Below are positions 28,831-45,127 of a stretch of 64,000 nt of DNA, in pieces. Below the pieces are notes generated by a model. That model had not been told where the DNA came from. It worked only from the letters and a program-made list of their open reading frames with translations, and made no database searches. How positions within the stretch are numbered: the first letter of the stretch is position 1; each line of letters opens with the position of its first letter. A program made the translations under genes and the position numbers. The stretch lies in NCBI GenBank assembly GCA_964016885.1, contig OZ024742.1, positions 228,470,001 to 228,534,000 on the forward strand, in the 5' to 3' direction. Source of the DNA: Eledone cirrhosa. Lineage: Eukaryota.

Positions 28831-29441
28831 GTCAGGTCATCAGTTGGTGTTAGTGGTAACATGTATCCCAGTACAACCTGTCTCATGGTCGGGTCGTTGG
28901 CGACTATACTGGCAACCCCACCAAGGTTTCTTGGTGAGGAGGGTCACTTTGGACATCCTGCAGGACTAAAAACAAAACCTGTCAAAGGGCAAAGGAGCTC
29001 TTAAGAGTCAATGGCCATCCAAAATCACCGAGAGAGATGACCCCTTAGCCTTTGTCAAGGCAGAATTCTAGGAGAAGGAAAACTCTGATATAACACCTGC
29101 AACCCTGATGGTATCCAATGATGTTGACTTGTTCTTCTTTTTGGTAAATATCATCTTGGTTAAAAGAGTGGGACTGGCTTTGTGCAGTGCCTTTGCTCAC
29201 TATAAAAGCTTCACGGCACAGGCATTGCTTTATATCTGGAGATCTCTCTGCACTTGTCGTCACATGGTACCATGGGCCCAGCACTATGTGTTAATAATTG
29301 TCACAAGTGTAGTGTTTGTACCAGAGTTTTCAAGTTGCTGGCTGGACTAAAAAGTCACACTCGTTCAGCGCATCGGTAGGGGTTCTCCTACATGGATATA
29401 AAGTAGTGGCCGTACTCGAAAACGAGTTGGCAGCCACCATG
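28831..29441 (+). mobile_element. Non-autonomous RTE-derived retroelement (~610 bp) with a 3' stem-loop and a TG/TA-rich tail
   Basis: Contains the RTE 5'UTR-like motif CTAGGAGAAGGAAAACTCTGA. Constant 3' end ...ACTCGAAAACGAGTTGGCAGCCACCAT across five copies; 5' ends vary. Confidence 0.65.
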
Positions 29442-29459
29442 TGTATATATATATATGTT

Positions 29460-29545
<86 letters not shown>

Positions 29546-29834
29546 TATATGTATATATATATATGTATTTAAGCTTAATGAACAAATAAAGGTAGACATA
29601 AAATCCGTAATAAAAATGATCAAACTGGAGCACTGTCTTGTTTTGAATATAACATGTTTGAAAGAAAACTGTTCCCTATTTATGCATACATACATACATT
29701 CACCCATCCATCCATCCATACATACATACATGCATATATACATACAAACATACACACACACATATACACATACACACACACATACATACACATACACACA
29801 TTCACACACATACATAATATATATATATACATTT

Positions 29835-30545
29835 GGTATATTTCAAGGAGACTGACTCTCTGTGATGCTATTTATACTGTCAGTAAACCCTACGAACCAC
29901 CAAGCATAGAAGCCCATCTATAGAAGAAGTGGCAAATAACACCATGGGAATTGGGAAAGAGCACCTTGAGCAATACTCTCTGTACGATAACCAAAACCTC
30001 CCACCCAGGAATATTGCACAGTAATACCAAAATGAATACATGGATGAAAAGCTGCAAAGAAAAAAAAAAATGTATGACTACGTTGCCAGAAAGATTCAAA
30101 ATGAGAGTAATATAGATAAGCAAAGTAGTCTATCTTGGACCAATAACCCATATATTGGCCCTCACATTGAAGGATATGCTTTTGCAATCTAAGAACAGGA
30201 ATTAACAATGCACAAAAGAAATAGGTATGTAGGCAAAGCAGCTAGATGTGACAATATATGCAGAGGAATAAGCAATGTCAGCCATATCATAAGCAACTGT
30301 TGAAAGATGTCATCACGATACTATCTACCTATGAGGCATGATGTAGTGGCCAAAACACAATGCAATCCCCAGAAAGGATAGTCCTGAGTATCAATATATA
30401 AAAAGTTAATCATGTGGCGGGCATTTGCATACATAATATGAAAGAGCGGAATGTTCCCATCAATACTTCAATAAAATTCAAACATAATAGATAAGGCATA
30501 GTGACATAAAATCACAAAGAAAATTGATCAAACTGGAGCACTGTC
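29835..30545 (+). pseudogene. Decayed, internally deleted R4/Dong-like element
   Basis: GIFQGD*LSVMLFILSVNP, then HIEGYAFAI*EQE and [14 protein letters not shown] remnants. Confidence 0.7.
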
Positions 30546-30589
30546 GTACATACATACATGCATTCATACATACATACATACATACATAC

Positions 30590-30879
30590 ATGGTGGCTGC
30601 CAACTCGTTTTCGAGTACGGCCACTACTTTATATCCATGTAGGAGAACCCCTACCGATGCGCTGAACGAGTGTGACTTTTTAGTCCAGCCAGCGACTTGA
30701 AAACTCTGGTACAAACACTACACCTGTGACAATTACTGACACATAGTGCTGGGCCCATGGTACCATGTGACGACAAGTGCAGAGAGATCTCCAGATATAA
30801 AGCAATGCCTGTGCCGTGAAGCTTTTATAGTGAGCAAAGGCACTGCACAAAGCCAGTCCCACTCTCTTAACCAAGATGA

Positions 30880-30885
<6 letters not shown>
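30590..30885 (-). mobile_element. 5'-truncated copy of the RTE-derived element
   Basis: Reverse complement of ~29145-29440; (CATA)n flanks. Confidence 0.75.
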
Positions 30886-30937
<52 letters not shown>

Positions 30938-30938
<1 letters not shown>

Positions 30939-31155
30939 CTTGGACCAACAACCGCTATATCGACTCCCACTTTGAAGGATACGCTTTTGCAATCCAAGAA
31001 CAGGAGATTAGCACGAAATACCTGATTCACAAAAGAGATAGGGATGCAGGCAAAACACCTAGATGTGATAACAAGTGCGGACTCTGCAGAACTAACATCG
31101 AGGATATCACCCATGTCATCAGCAGCTGTCCAAATATGTCATCGCGGTACTATCT
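30938..31155 (+). pseudogene. R4/Dong-like fragment of a different subfamily
   Basis: SWTNNRYIDSHFEGYAFAIQEQEISTKYL...CGLC...HVISSC...RYY; CATA-rich flanks. Confidence 0.8.
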
Positions 31156-31878
31156 ACACATCCACACATACAATAACATCCGTATCTACACATGCATGCA
31201 TACATACATATCTACCTAGTTGATGTGTAAATTCCAATAAGAGAGTCTTGTGTCTATGTTAGAAACCGACTCTCTCTCTATTGGTAAAACTTTGTGAAAT
31301 TATATAACCAGAAGAACATACATACATACATACATGCATACATACATATATACATACATACATACATACATTTTTACATACATACATACATTTTTACATA
31401 CATACATAGATACATACATATGGTATATTTCAAATATCAAACGTTCAGGGTCCAAGTAAGGGGCCTCATAACTTAACTACCACAGGGCCTTACTTGTCCT
31501 AAATCCGACACTGACACACACACACACACGTATATACACATTCATATAAATAAACATGCACGCAGAAAAAACTAAACATACACATATATTCATATACATA
31601 TACATACACGCATATATAAGCAGACACACATATATATACATAGATGTATCGCCGTCATCTTCATTTAACGTCCATTTTCCTGATCAATCCGTTTCAATAT
31701 CTTTATATATTTTGTGATATAGTGAAATAAAACTTGAAATACACCAATTCTTCCAAAACTTGCTGTGCATGTCTTTTATGGACAAGATTTTCATTTTAAA
31801 TAAACTCAAGATTACTTAACTATGTGATCTGAAATGTTACATATTTATTGTATATATACACGCACACACACACACGCG

Positions 31879-31985
<107 letters not shown>

Positions 31986-32816
31986 CTGTTCTTATAATTT
32001 ATAGGGTATGAAGTTATCTTTTGCATGTATTAATGTTGAAGCTTATAACAATATGTAGACCGACGGACAGATACCTCGTGTATATCGTAGTATGGCCCGT
32101 TGTTATACAGTGAAACATATGTAGAATTAAAATGATGTTTTAAGTATAACTTGGTTACTCTCTCTCCATTTATTTATGATGATTGCACCCTCGTTATCGA
32201 GTATCACCATTGCACGATATAACATTATTAATCATTATAAATTAATGATATCGTGCAATACCTGTGCGTGAACATTTTTTTTAAAGTGAGGAATGACTGT
32301 GCACTGAGCCAATCCCACTCTTTGAGCGACATTAGTTATAACCCGAAAAGCAGAAAAGATCAACATCATCGGTAACTACTGAGCCGCAGGTTTTATGTCG
32401 GAGTTATCCCAGTTTCCTGAGTTGCCTTTTCCTAGAAGAATGCCCTGACAAAGGCTAGGGGTCCTTTACTTCCAGAGGTTTAACAGCGCGATCGGGTATC
32501 CAGCACGATTATTTTTATGTCCCCCGCGCATATACATATATACATACGCACATACATATGTACATATACATATATACATATACATACACATGCATACATG
32601 TATATACATATTTACACATTTTTGGATGGCCGTTGACTCTTATGAGTTCTTCCGCCCTTTGTCGGGTTTTGTTTTTTGTCCTGCAGGGTGTCCAAAATCA
32701 CCCTCCTCACCAAGTAAATTTCGTGCGGTTGCCGGTTTAGTCGCCGACGACCCGACTATGTGACAGGTTGTCCTAGGTTACATGTTACCAGTAGCACTCA
32801 AGAGTGACCCGACATT

Positions 32817-34732
<1,916 letters not shown>

Positions 34733-34734
34733 GG

Positions 34735-35455
34735 CTTTAGGCTAAGAAATTATTCCAGACAACTGGCGGAAAGCAAAAAGCCGCACAAACCTATTTTTCA
34801 TTTGGTTTGTTTCTTCTGATATGAGCAACCAATTTGCTTAAAACTCTACAGGTGCATTATTTATGTATCAATAAGGTGTTAAAAGTCCCCCCAAGGCACC
34901 TTAATAAAGCGAAAACACCGCAAATATCGAATGTCGCAAATGCTTTTTTCAAACATCATAGATACACCACTTATGTGCAGTGGATGGTTTTCTCCAGCGG
35001 GACAGAGGGCTGTACAACAATGGGATGGATAACAATTGAATTTGCCCTCCACGGACCGAGTTTTACCCAGACAAATGGAATTTGTGGGCTCTGGTTGGGC
35101 AATGCGGGGGTATTTTCCCAAAATGTATATCGGGCGGCACCCTTTGCGAATCGAATAGAAATCTTCAACGGGCCACAGATGACACGCGGGCCGTAAAGAT
35201 ATTTAAAAATTACCTACCTACCCTAGGCTGTGTAATTTTGCTGCTAAGAAGCGTATATTTAACCGAATTGAACATCTTACGGGACGGATAAAAGGTCTCT
35301 AAGGGTCGCATTAACCAGTTGGCCGTGGTGTGGACATCCCCGACGATGACCGTCTTTTCCTATAAGACTTAATTCAACCGAGAGCTTCATCAAGTGTTAT
35401 TTCTGCACAAACAATTGTATTACTTAAACATTAGCAACGCTGGCTCCCTCAGCTA
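34735..35455 (-). pseudogene. Possible decayed PPP-family (PP1-like) Ser/Thr phosphatase sequence joined to a PLE 3' end
   Basis: Frameshifted remnants LREPALLMFK, EKTVIVGDVH, HGQL and FKYLYGPRV resemble the PP1 motifs [15 protein letters not shown] and YKIKYPENF. Recognised by eye only. Confidence 0.35.
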
Positions 35456-35481
35456 GTATATATATATATATATATATATAT

Positions 35482-35892
35482 ACATGGTGGCTGCCAACTC
35501 GTTTTCGAGTACGGCCACTACTTTATATCCATGTAGGAGAACCTCTACCAATGCGCTGAACGAGTGTGACTTTTAGTCCAGCCAGCGACTTGAAAACGCT
35601 GGTACAAACGCTACACTTGTGACAATTATTGACACATAGTGCTGGGCCCATGGTACCATGTGACGACAAGAGCAGAGAGATCTCCAGATATAAAGCAATG
35701 CCTGTGCCGTGAAGCTTTTATGGTGAGCAAAGGCACTGCACAAAGCCAGTCCCACTCTCTTAACCAAGATGATATTTACCAAAAAGAAGAACAAGTCAAC
35801 ATCATTGGATACCATCAGGGTTGCAGGTGTTATATCAGAGTTTTCCTTCTCCTAGAATTCTGCCTTGACAAAGGCTAAGGGCTCATCTCTCC
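35482..35892 (-). mobile_element. 5'-truncated copy of the RTE-derived element
   Basis: Reverse complement of ~29030-29440. Confidence 0.75.
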
Positions 35893-36316
35893 TGGAGGCT
35901 AAGGGATCATCTCTCCCGGATATATATATACACACACATATATTGGCTTACTGATAGAACTTGAAGACGTTAGATTTGAACAGTGTGACAAGAAATACCT
36001 ATAGTTCCTACTCTATCATCATCATCTTCATCATCAATAAAATAATCACTGCCGCCACCACTACTACCGTCACAGCTGCCACCAATGCCACTACCGATAC
36101 CATCTTCGTCGCCATGACGATCACCATCGCCACCGCCGCCGCCACTACCTCTGCAACGTGAATTTCATTCTGCGTCCACTTACATAATCACATGACCAAA
36201 CACATAAATGTATACATACATATAAGCACACATACATACGTACAAACATACATACGTACATACATACATACGTACATACATACATACGTACATACATACA
36301 TACGTACATACATACA

Positions 36317-38178
36317 GTTAGCTAAAGTCCCACAACCATTAGTAGCTGCTGTTGAACGCCTGACCAAGAACTGGTACACCAATTTGATCCTTAGAGGTGA
36401 GAAGGAGCAGGTTAAGACTGATAGGATACATTACCAGAAGGGCATCTTTCAGGGTGATAGCTTGTCAGTACTACTCTTCGTTCTCTCACTGAATCCACTA
36501 TCTTACCTACTCAGGAAACAAGGTGGACAAAGAAGTGGGCCCAGAAGTATCTCCCATCTTTTCTTTGTTGATGACCTGAAGTTGTATGGGCCAAATATCA
36601 ATGACATCAAGAAACAATTGGACCTCATTACACAATTTTCAACCGACATCAAAATGAAATTTGGTGAGTCCAAGTGTGCATATTTGGCAGTAAAACGTGG
36701 AAGAGCTGTGCCCTCCTCCAGAAATCTAGAGATGAACGGCCTGACAATACAACCTCTGCAGTCAGGTGACAACTACAGATATCTTGGACAGGATGAGAAT
36801 GTCAGATATGATGGACCCATAAATAAGGAGAGAACCAGAACTGAATACCTCAGAAGAGTAAAAAAAATATGGTCATCAGAACTGTCAGCATACAACAAAT
36901 ACATTGCCCACAATACCTATGCTGTGCCAATTCTAACGCCAACATTTGGCCTACTGAACTGGTCATTGCAAGAACTAAGTGAGATGGATGTTAGAACTCG
37001 AAAACTTCTCAGTGTTACTGGGAACTTTAACATCAATGGTGATGTGGATAGGCTATACTTCTCACGCAAGGAAGGTGGCCAGGGTCTAAAATCAATATTA
37101 ACAACATATGAGACTCGGATAGTAACACTGAAGCAACACCTTCAACAGAGGAAAAAGGTTGGCGACCATCTTGCTCAGGTTTATGAGCATGAAAAAAGAA
37201 ATATCATTAGAATAGCGACTGATCTGGAGGAGAGATATGGAATAAAGCCTGATATAAATCTCTCACCCAGAGAAATCGGAAGATCCTATTCAATGTTCAA
37301 ACAAGAAAAAAAAATTGACCAATTTACAGAGAAAGTTGTGCATGGATACTTGAGGCGTAAAACACAGACCATAGAGGGGATAAACCACTCAAAAAGCCTG
37401 GCATGGAGTTCCGACAAGTTTATGACATCACACCTTGAGGGATATCTCTATGCAATACAGGAACAAGAACTCCCTACCAAATATCTGCTGCACAAAAGAG
37501 GAGGGCCAGCAGCTGACAATAAATGTAGGCTATGTAAAACAAAGATCGAGGATGTAAGCCACATTGTTGCCAGCTGCGAAAGAATGTCATCTCGCTACTA
37601 CCTCCCCATGAGACACGATGGGATAGCTAGAACTATCTGGAACGCACTTCGGAAAACAAAATTAACAACAAACGAGGAAGAATATATTGAGACAGATGGC
37701 ACTAAGGAATACTGGTGGAACCTGAAAATAAAAACTGCCACCAAATTAAAGCACAACCGGCCTGATATTGTAGTTTGGGACCACACATTGAAAACGTGTT
37801 CTGTTGTGGAGATCAGCTGCCCACTTGATGTAAACGTTGTCAGAAAAATACAGGAGAAGGAGGACATCTACGGACCATTGATGAGGAGTTTACAAATCCA
37901 GTATCCAAGATACACCTTTAGCTTCATACCCATCATTATTGGTGCTACGGGTTATATACCAACCCGCTTGGACCAAAGTATGACCGAACTTGGATTTGCG
38001 GACAAAAAGCGCAGCTCCCTAATTCATAGTCTACAAATGGCTGCGATAGCTGGCACCTTCAAAATTTGCAAAACATTCTTGCGATTCAAGGGATGACAAT
38101 TTCTTTTCTTTTACAACCTTGCCACCAGGAAGGTGGCTGGTCAAAAAAATATACTCGAAATTAAGAGAAAGAGAAAAT
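36317..38178 (+). mobile_element. R4/Dong-like non-LTR retrotransposon (RT + restriction-like endonuclease), 5'-truncated, in (CATA)n
   Basis: ORF open to 38096. Motifs [55 protein letters not shown]. Short 3'UTR runs into (CATA)n; the 5' junction is also in (CATA)n. Confidence 0.92.
36318..38096 (+). CDS. RT-RLE polyprotein fragment; the N-terminal ~42 aa of the track ORF are microsatellite
   Basis: Uninterrupted frame with RT domains, CCHC finger and PD-(D/E)xK nuclease motifs. Confidence 0.88.
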   Translation, partial: LAKVPQPLVAAVERLTKNWYTNLILRGEKEQVKTDRIHYQKGIFQGDSLSVLLFVLSLNPLSYLLRKQGGQRSGPRSISHLFFVDDLKLYGPNINDIKKQLDLITQFSTDIKMKFGESKCAYLAVKRGRAVPSSRNLEMNGLTIQPLQSGDNYRYLGQDENVRYDGPINKERTRTEYLRRVKKIWSSELSAYNKYIAHNTYAVPILTPTFGLLNWSLQELSEMDVRTRKLLSVTGNFNINGDVDRLYFSRKEGGQGLKSILTTYETRIVTLKQHLQQRKKVGDHLAQVYEHEKRNIIRIATDLEERYGIKPDINLSPREIGRSYSMFKQEKKIDQFTEKVVHGYLRRKTQTIEGINHSKSLAWSSDKFMTSHLEGYLYAIQEQELPTKYLLHKRGGPAADNKCRLCKTKIEDVSHIVASCERMSSRYYLPMRHDGIARTIWNALRKTKLTTNEEEYIETDGTKEYWWNLKIKTATKLKHNRPDIVVWDHTLKTCSVVEISCPLDVNVVRKIQEKEDIYGPLMRSLQIQYPRYTFSFIPIIIGATGYIPTRLDQSMTELGFADKKRSSLIHSLQMAAIAGTFKICKTFLRFKG

Positions 38179-38375
38179 ATACATACATACAAACATACAT
38201 ACATACATACGTACATACATACGTACAAACGTACATACATGCATACATACATACAAACATTCAAACGTACATACATGCATACAAACATACATACGCACAT
38301 ACATATATACGTACATACACACATACGTACATACAGAAAAAAACAGGTCAACACACACACACACATATATACATA

Positions 38376-38434
<59 letters not shown>

Positions 38435-38536
38435 GTATATATATATACATATGTATATATATACGTACGCATACATGTATATACAAGCACACACACACAC
38501 ACATATATATATATACATATGCATATACACACACAA

Positions 38537-38573
<37 letters not shown>

Positions 38574-38578
38574 CATAC

Positions 38579-38659
<81 letters not shown>

Positions 38660-38717
38660 CATATATATACATACACATACATGCATATACACACACACAA
38701 AAATGTATATATACATA

Positions 38718-38764
<47 letters not shown>

Positions 38765-38857
38765 ACAGAAATACACACTGTTTTATGGAATTTAATTAGC
38801 ATTATTAGCAAGAACTCAATTTTCTCGAAAACTCATTAACGGAACGAAAATGAAAAT

Positions 38858-39795
38858 TCAAGAAAATGGAAGAAAAATAAAGAAAATGGAAGAAAATAAA
38901 GAAAATGGAAGAAAATAAAGAAAATGGAAGAAAATAAAAAAAATGGAAGAAAATAAAGAAAATGGAAGAAAATAAAGAAAATGGAAGAAAATAAAAAAAA
39001 TGGAAGAAAATAAAGAAAATGGAAGAAAATAAAGAAAATGGAAGAAAATAAAAAAAATGGAAGAAAATAAAGAAAATGGAAGAAAATAAAGAAAATGGAA
39101 GAAAATAAAGAAAATGGAAGAAAATAAAGAAAATGGAAGAAAATAAAGAAAATGGAAGAAAATATAGAAAACGGAAGAAAATAAAGAAAATGGAAGAAAA
39201 TAAAGAAAATGGAAGAAAATATAGAAAACGGAAGAAAATAAAGAAAATGGAAGAAAATAAAGAAAATGGAAGAAAATAAAAAAATGGAAGAAAATAAAGA
39301 AAATGGAAGAAAATAAAGAAAATGGAAGAAAATAAAGAAAATGGAAGAAAATAAAGAAAATGGAAGAAAATAAAGAAAATGGAAGAAAATAAAGAAAATG
39401 GAAGAAAATAAAGAAAATAGAAGAAAATAAAGAAAATAGAAGAAAATAAAGAAAATAGAAGAAAATAAAGAAAATGGAAGAAAATAAAGAAAATGGAAGA
39501 AAATAAAGAAAATAGAAGAAAATAAAAAAAATGGAAGAAAATAAAGAAAATAGAAGAAAATAAAGAAAATAGAAGAAAATAAAGAAAATGGAAGAAAATA
39601 AAGAAAATGGAAGAAAATAAAGAAAATGGAAGAAAATAAAGAAAATGGAAGAAAATAAAGAAAATGGAAGAAAATAAAGAAAATAGAAGAAAATAAAGAA
39701 AATAGAAGAAAATAAAGAAAATAGAAGAAAATAAAGAAAATGGAAGAAAATAAAGAAAATGGAAGAAAATAAAGAAAATAGAAGAAAATAAAAAA
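38858..39795 (+). repeat. 19-bp purine-rich minisatellite (AAGAAAATGGAAGAAAATA)n, about 49 units
   Basis: Directly visible tandem array with ATGG/ATAG/ACGG variants. Confidence 0.95.
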
Positions 39796-39992
39796 AATTT
39801 CCTGCAACTAATAAATAACCTTCCTCAGTATTTCTCACATTTCTGCAGGAATTCCTTATGTCCATTATTATCAAGGGTTTTATTAGTTTCGAAATTGTCA
39901 CTTTGTATTTAGAGTCTTTAGAAGACATGGCTGATCTATGGATCTCCGTCGGTTTCCGCGATGGCCGCTCCAGTTGTTCGACCAACGGAAGT

Positions 39993-40214
39993 GAATCATG
40001 ATCATGATGACGTTGATCATGATCATGATCATCGTCATCATGATCATCGTCATCATCAACATCATCATCGTCATCATCATCATCATCGTCGTCATCGTCA
40101 TCATCATCATCATCATCGTCGTCATCATCATCGTCGTCATCAACATCATCATCGTCATCATCATCATCATCATCATCGTCGTCATCATCATCGTCGTCAT
40201 CAACATCATCATCG

Positions 40215-40246
<32 letters not shown>

Positions 40247-40512
40247 GTCATCGTCATCAACTTCATTATCAACATCATCATCGTCGCCATCGTCATCATC
40301 ATCATCATCATCATCACCACCATCATCATCATCATCGTCATCGTCATCATCATCGTCACCATCATCATCATCATCATCGTCATCGTCATCATCATCGTCA
40401 CCATCGTCGTCATCATCATCATCACCACCATCATCGCCCCCCTCATCATCACCCCCTCACCTCCTCCTCGTCCTCTTCCTCCCCCTCCTCCTCCTCCTCC
40501 TCCTCCTCCTCC

Positions 40513-40545
<33 letters not shown>

Positions 40546-40580
40546 CCATCATCATCACCATCATCATCATCATCATCACC
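39993..40580 (+). repeat. Degenerate (CAT/CGT)n and (CCT)n trinucleotide tract
   Basis: Directly visible. Confidence 0.95.
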
Positions 40581-41270
40581 AATTAACGTCTGCTTTTTCT
40601 TGCTAGCAAGGGTTAGATGGGTCGTCAAAAACCCAGTCAGTATTTAATTGGAGCAACTGATCCCTCTGATGGGAACTCTTGGCACTTCTTCACACAACCA
40701 GCCTTACCCATACACATCACATGTCTATACCAGTGTAATCATCTCTCTTGCACACTACATTTAATTCGTCTTATATCCAGTTTTTCTCTTAACACATCCA
40801 CGCCTCTTCGCTCACACATATCAGCACTGTACATTCAACAAATCATGTACGCTTTATTTCTCTCCTTCATATATCAACTGCATTTACTGCACTTCGCATT
40901 CTGGCATCATACAGCCAGCCTTTCGTTCGCAGAGAAAACTTTTGTTGTCAATAGAGGTAATAGCTCTCTGAACTTTTCCCGCCCTAATAAGGTCACCTAA
41001 GTAACTGAAACTATCAATTTCTTTATTCTTCTAATACATTTTTCACTTCATAATCATAAGGTCCCAGGTTCAATCCTACAGCTGAGCATTTTGAGCAACT
41101 GTCATTTAACGTAACCTCGGTTTCATCGACGATGAATGCTCCTGTTGCTCGATAAACGAAATAATTTGAATATATTCCAAGAGGTGTCATGAACGGACCT
41201 GTTATTTTTATCTAAAGACATTTTTTCCAATTCCACTCCGCCCGTCCCTTCAATCTATCTTATTTCTCAT

Positions 41271-41395
41271 TCTTTCTCCTGATGAAGGACTAGCGTCCGA
41301 AACGTTAAGACCCTCTTCCTGCTATTTCAAGCGTTAACCTAATATATTCCTGGCATAAACTGTACCAATTGTGTTGTTATTTCTGTTAACCTTTT
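41271..41395 (+). mobile_element. PLE pLTR fragment with a minimal hammerhead (41275-41310); inverted relative at 15205-15335
   Basis: CTGATGA-A-GGAC tagc GTCC-GAAA-CG-TT-AAGA, with palindromic AACGTT in stem III. Confidence 0.65.
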
Positions 41396-41456
41396 ACACA
41401 CACACACACACACACAGACACACAGACAGGCACACGCACATACACACACACACACA

Positions 41457-41571
<115 letters not shown>

Positions 41572-42062
41572 AATTTATAAGTGTGAAGAACAAACAGAGA
41601 AAATTTACCTCATTTTTCCTCGTAGCACAGAAAGAATTAAATAAATAATCAATTAATCAGAGCTATATATAAATAAGTGTGTAGAAAAAATAGACCAAAA
41701 TTCAGCCAATTATTCCCCGTAGTCCCGACTGCAGTTTCACTTACCGTTTTGCAGCCAAAGTTCAGCAAAATTGCACTGAAGCTGTGAGGTAGTAGGCTTG
41801 TCAAGAGACTCCCTCAGAGTAGGGCTATTTTCTCCAAAGTGACCGCTACCAGTTATAATTTTCAAAAGGGGAATTCATCACGTGGTCTTACGGTAAAACA
41901 GAGGGGTGGTGAAGGGTAAACTGTTGGTGAGTAATAGCGTTGCTAAATGAAGCAGTCTATTATACCCTAATTTTTACTCAACCATACTGGAATTAGAACA
42001 AATTATAGAAGATATACATAAATATAGATACATGAGTGGTGTCCACCTGTACCAAGTTTTGC

Positions 42063-42119
<57 letters not shown>

Positions 42120-44452
42120 GGAAAGTTATATTTAAAATTGTTGGGTTACAACTAGTAAATATTTATAACTGATATAAAAGCACTCGACAAATATTTGGAG
42201 TATGTTTACAATATTAAATAAATGGAAACTATATTTATAAAACCATATTTATTTCATTATATATATTTCAGGGATATCATATTAACAATATGCTATGCCT
42301 TCCTCAGACAAAATACAATATAAACAGTTTTATAGATAAATAGATTCGACATACCGTAACAAACATCGACTTGCATTTGAAGAGGTTGATTTGGCAGTGA
42401 AAAAATTGTACACAGAGAGAAAGAAAGAGAGAAAAAAAATATTAATAGAATAAATAATAGGAACTTAAAACCTAGTGATAATAGCATAAATAATATACAG
42501 GTTAACAAATGTAACTGTAGAGATAGATCTAAATGTCCCTTAAATAACAACTGCTTAGTTAAAAATATAGTATACAATTGTAATGTTAATACTGACTCTA
42601 ATTCTTTTAACTACGTCGGTTCCACATCGACGGAATTTAAACTTCGCTATAATAACCACAAGAATTCTTTCACAGATCCAAGCAAAAAATCTTCAACTGC
42701 ACTATCAGGCGTACTCTGGTAACTTAAGCTAGATAACGTTAGATATTCGACGGCTTGGAATATAGTCTCAAGAGGGATTCCTTTTAATTCATCCTCTGAG
42801 ACATGTGACCTCTGCGCAGAGGAGATATTCTTTATACTAAAATCTAAAAATTCCCTTAATCTACGGACAAATTTATTCAGTTGTTGCAAACATAGATTAA
42901 ACTCAACGTTTAAATATAAATTTAAATTTAAAATGTAGTATATTTAGTTTGATTTATATTTATATGGGAAACTAGCCGATAAATCTTTGATTCCTTCTTA
43001 TTCTCTTTTTTTTTTCTTTTTTTCTTTTTTTTTCTTTTTTTTTCTTTTTTTTATTTTTATTTTCATTTTTATTTTATTTTTATTTTTATTTTTATTTAAA
43101 CATTCCTCATGAAAAATTAAGCTACCCTAAAAGCTGATGCTCCAAATATTTCGAATAAACGTTACACTAGATAAACTTCTATATTAAATATAAGAACACA
43201 TGTAGACCAAATTGGGCATCCTAAACTTTTTGAAATGATCTTTGCTAGATGTGATTTGATAGATAATTTTTGGCTTTGTCTGTTTTTCGACTCTGATGCT
43301 TATAATGAACTTGGCAATATATTGTCAATTAACTTTGAAGGGTTGATCTTTGTGGTTTATTTTTTATTATTGTAGTATTTTCTAATATTTTTATTTTTAA
43401 TATTTTTAATATGTAAAATTTTTTAATTTTTTAATATGTAATATTTTTAATATGTAATATTCTTTCGTAATATTTTTAGTTTTCTATTTTATTATTACTT
43501 ATTATTATTATTATTGTTATTTTTTAGTTTTGTTTCTGATATATATTTTTATTAGTATATTGAAATCTGCTCTCTTTTTCTGCTTGATAGATAATCTTGT
43601 AGAGTAAAGACAGGAATAATAATACACATATATGTATACTCAAATTTTTATACCACATTGAGAATGTTTTCCGTGAACTTAGGGTTTGCAGAGTTGATCA
43701 TATAGATTCACATGGATGTTTATAGCTATCACATAAACATATGAATTTTTTTTTTTTTTTAAAAACTAAACATAAGATCATTAATTCTCACACACTATGG
43801 ATACTTGTCTCATTCAGGAATACTGATATTTACAATATAGTGGATGTTTTATAAATAATAATACCTCTACGTTAAAACATAGGGTTTTTACGCCTCGCAT
43901 ATATCTGGTTATTTTTAAATTTTTTCTCTCGCTATATTTTTTTCTCTCTCTATATTTTTTTCTCTCTCTATATATCTCCCTTACATTAATACTAGAGCTA
44001 AATAAATAAATAAATAAATAAATGTATCATTGATACATTTACTCAACAGACCTCCCACTACCTAATTTTCTATGTATATATGTATCTATCTCTATTTCCT
44101 CTCTCTCTCTCTATATATATATCTTTTTCTGTTTCTTTACATGAAGTTATTCTCTTTATCTATCTTTCCATCTCTCTATTTTGTTCAATACATTTCTTCT
44201 TTTTCTTCCTTTTCTTCGTTTTCTGTCTTTCTTTTTTTCTCTCTTTCTTTCTCTCTGTGTACAATTTTTTCACTGCCAAATCAACCTCTTCAAATGCAAG
44301 TCGATGTTTGTTACGGTATGTCGAATCTATTTATCTATAAAACTGTTTATATTGTATTTTGTCTGAGGAAGGCATAGCATATTGTTAATATGATATCCCT
44401 GAAATATATATAATGAAATAAATATGGTTTTATAAATATAGTTTCCATTTAT

Positions 44453-44460
<8 letters not shown>
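42120..44460 (+). mobile_element. 5'-truncated Naiad-type PLE with inverted pLTR
   Basis: ~42209-42438 is the inverse of ~44232-44460; extra tail 42120-42208; GIY-YIG relic 42441-42938; hammerhead-like CTGAGGA..GAAA-TATATA-TA at ~44357-44418. Confidence 0.85.
42441..42938 (+). pseudogene. Naiad-type GIY-YIG endonuclease fragment with one internal TAA
   Basis: Manual translation: KCNCRDRSKCPLNNNCLVKNIVYNCNV...YVGSTSTEFKLRYNNHKNSF...LW*LK...CDLCAEE...CKH, collinear with the C-terminus of the 12695-14848 ORF. Confidence 0.88.
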
Positions 44461-44500
<40 letters not shown>

Positions 44501-44756
44501 GGTATATATAATATTTATAAAAAGCACCAAAGAATCAACACGTTTTTAAACTAACACGTTTTAGCCGCTAGAACTTCGCCCGAGGTTGTATAGTTACATA
44601 ATTAGAAATAAAAAAAAAAATTTTTCAAAAAATTTTTTTTTTCAAATTTACTTATGGATTTATACTGAGATCATCGGGAATGGGTTCAATATCGGCATCA
44701 TCAGAATTTATTTTCACATATTACTAACTTATATATTAATATCAATTACAAAAAGG

Positions 44757-45113
44757 ACATCAACATTTATAGACAGTAAGAATTTCAAATAGGATGCAAA
44801 ATCATTGGAAGTCCTCGACTAATAACGGTATACCTCACTGGAAGAACTATATGTTTCCCTAGAAGTCTTTTTTAGATGTACTTTAACAATATTAAAAATG
44901 AGACAATATTATAAATAGTCAATTTAAATGTAGTTGGTTTATGGCGTCTGCGTTAGTGTTGTATGTATTTTGTAAGGGATTTAATGGTTCATATTTATGA
45001 TCAGATGCAATTTCTCCGTGATAAAACTCCGAGAAAAGATCTTTAGAAAAATAAAAGATTTCCAATCATTTTGCATCCTATTTGAAATTCTTACTGTCTA
45101 TAATTGCTGATGT
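44757..45113. repeat. ~55-bp inverted repeats around a ~250-bp spacer (MITE-like)
   Basis: acatcaacatttatagacagtaagaatttcaaataggatgcaaaatcattggaa recurs inverted at ~45059-45113. Confidence 0.6.
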
Positions 45114-45127
45114 TTAGCTGTTATTGT

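Noticed and set aside
38858-39795. CRISPR array or a Phe-rich membrane protein
   Set aside because: Contiguous tandem units without unique spacers, eukaryotic context, and ORFs that follow from repeat composition.
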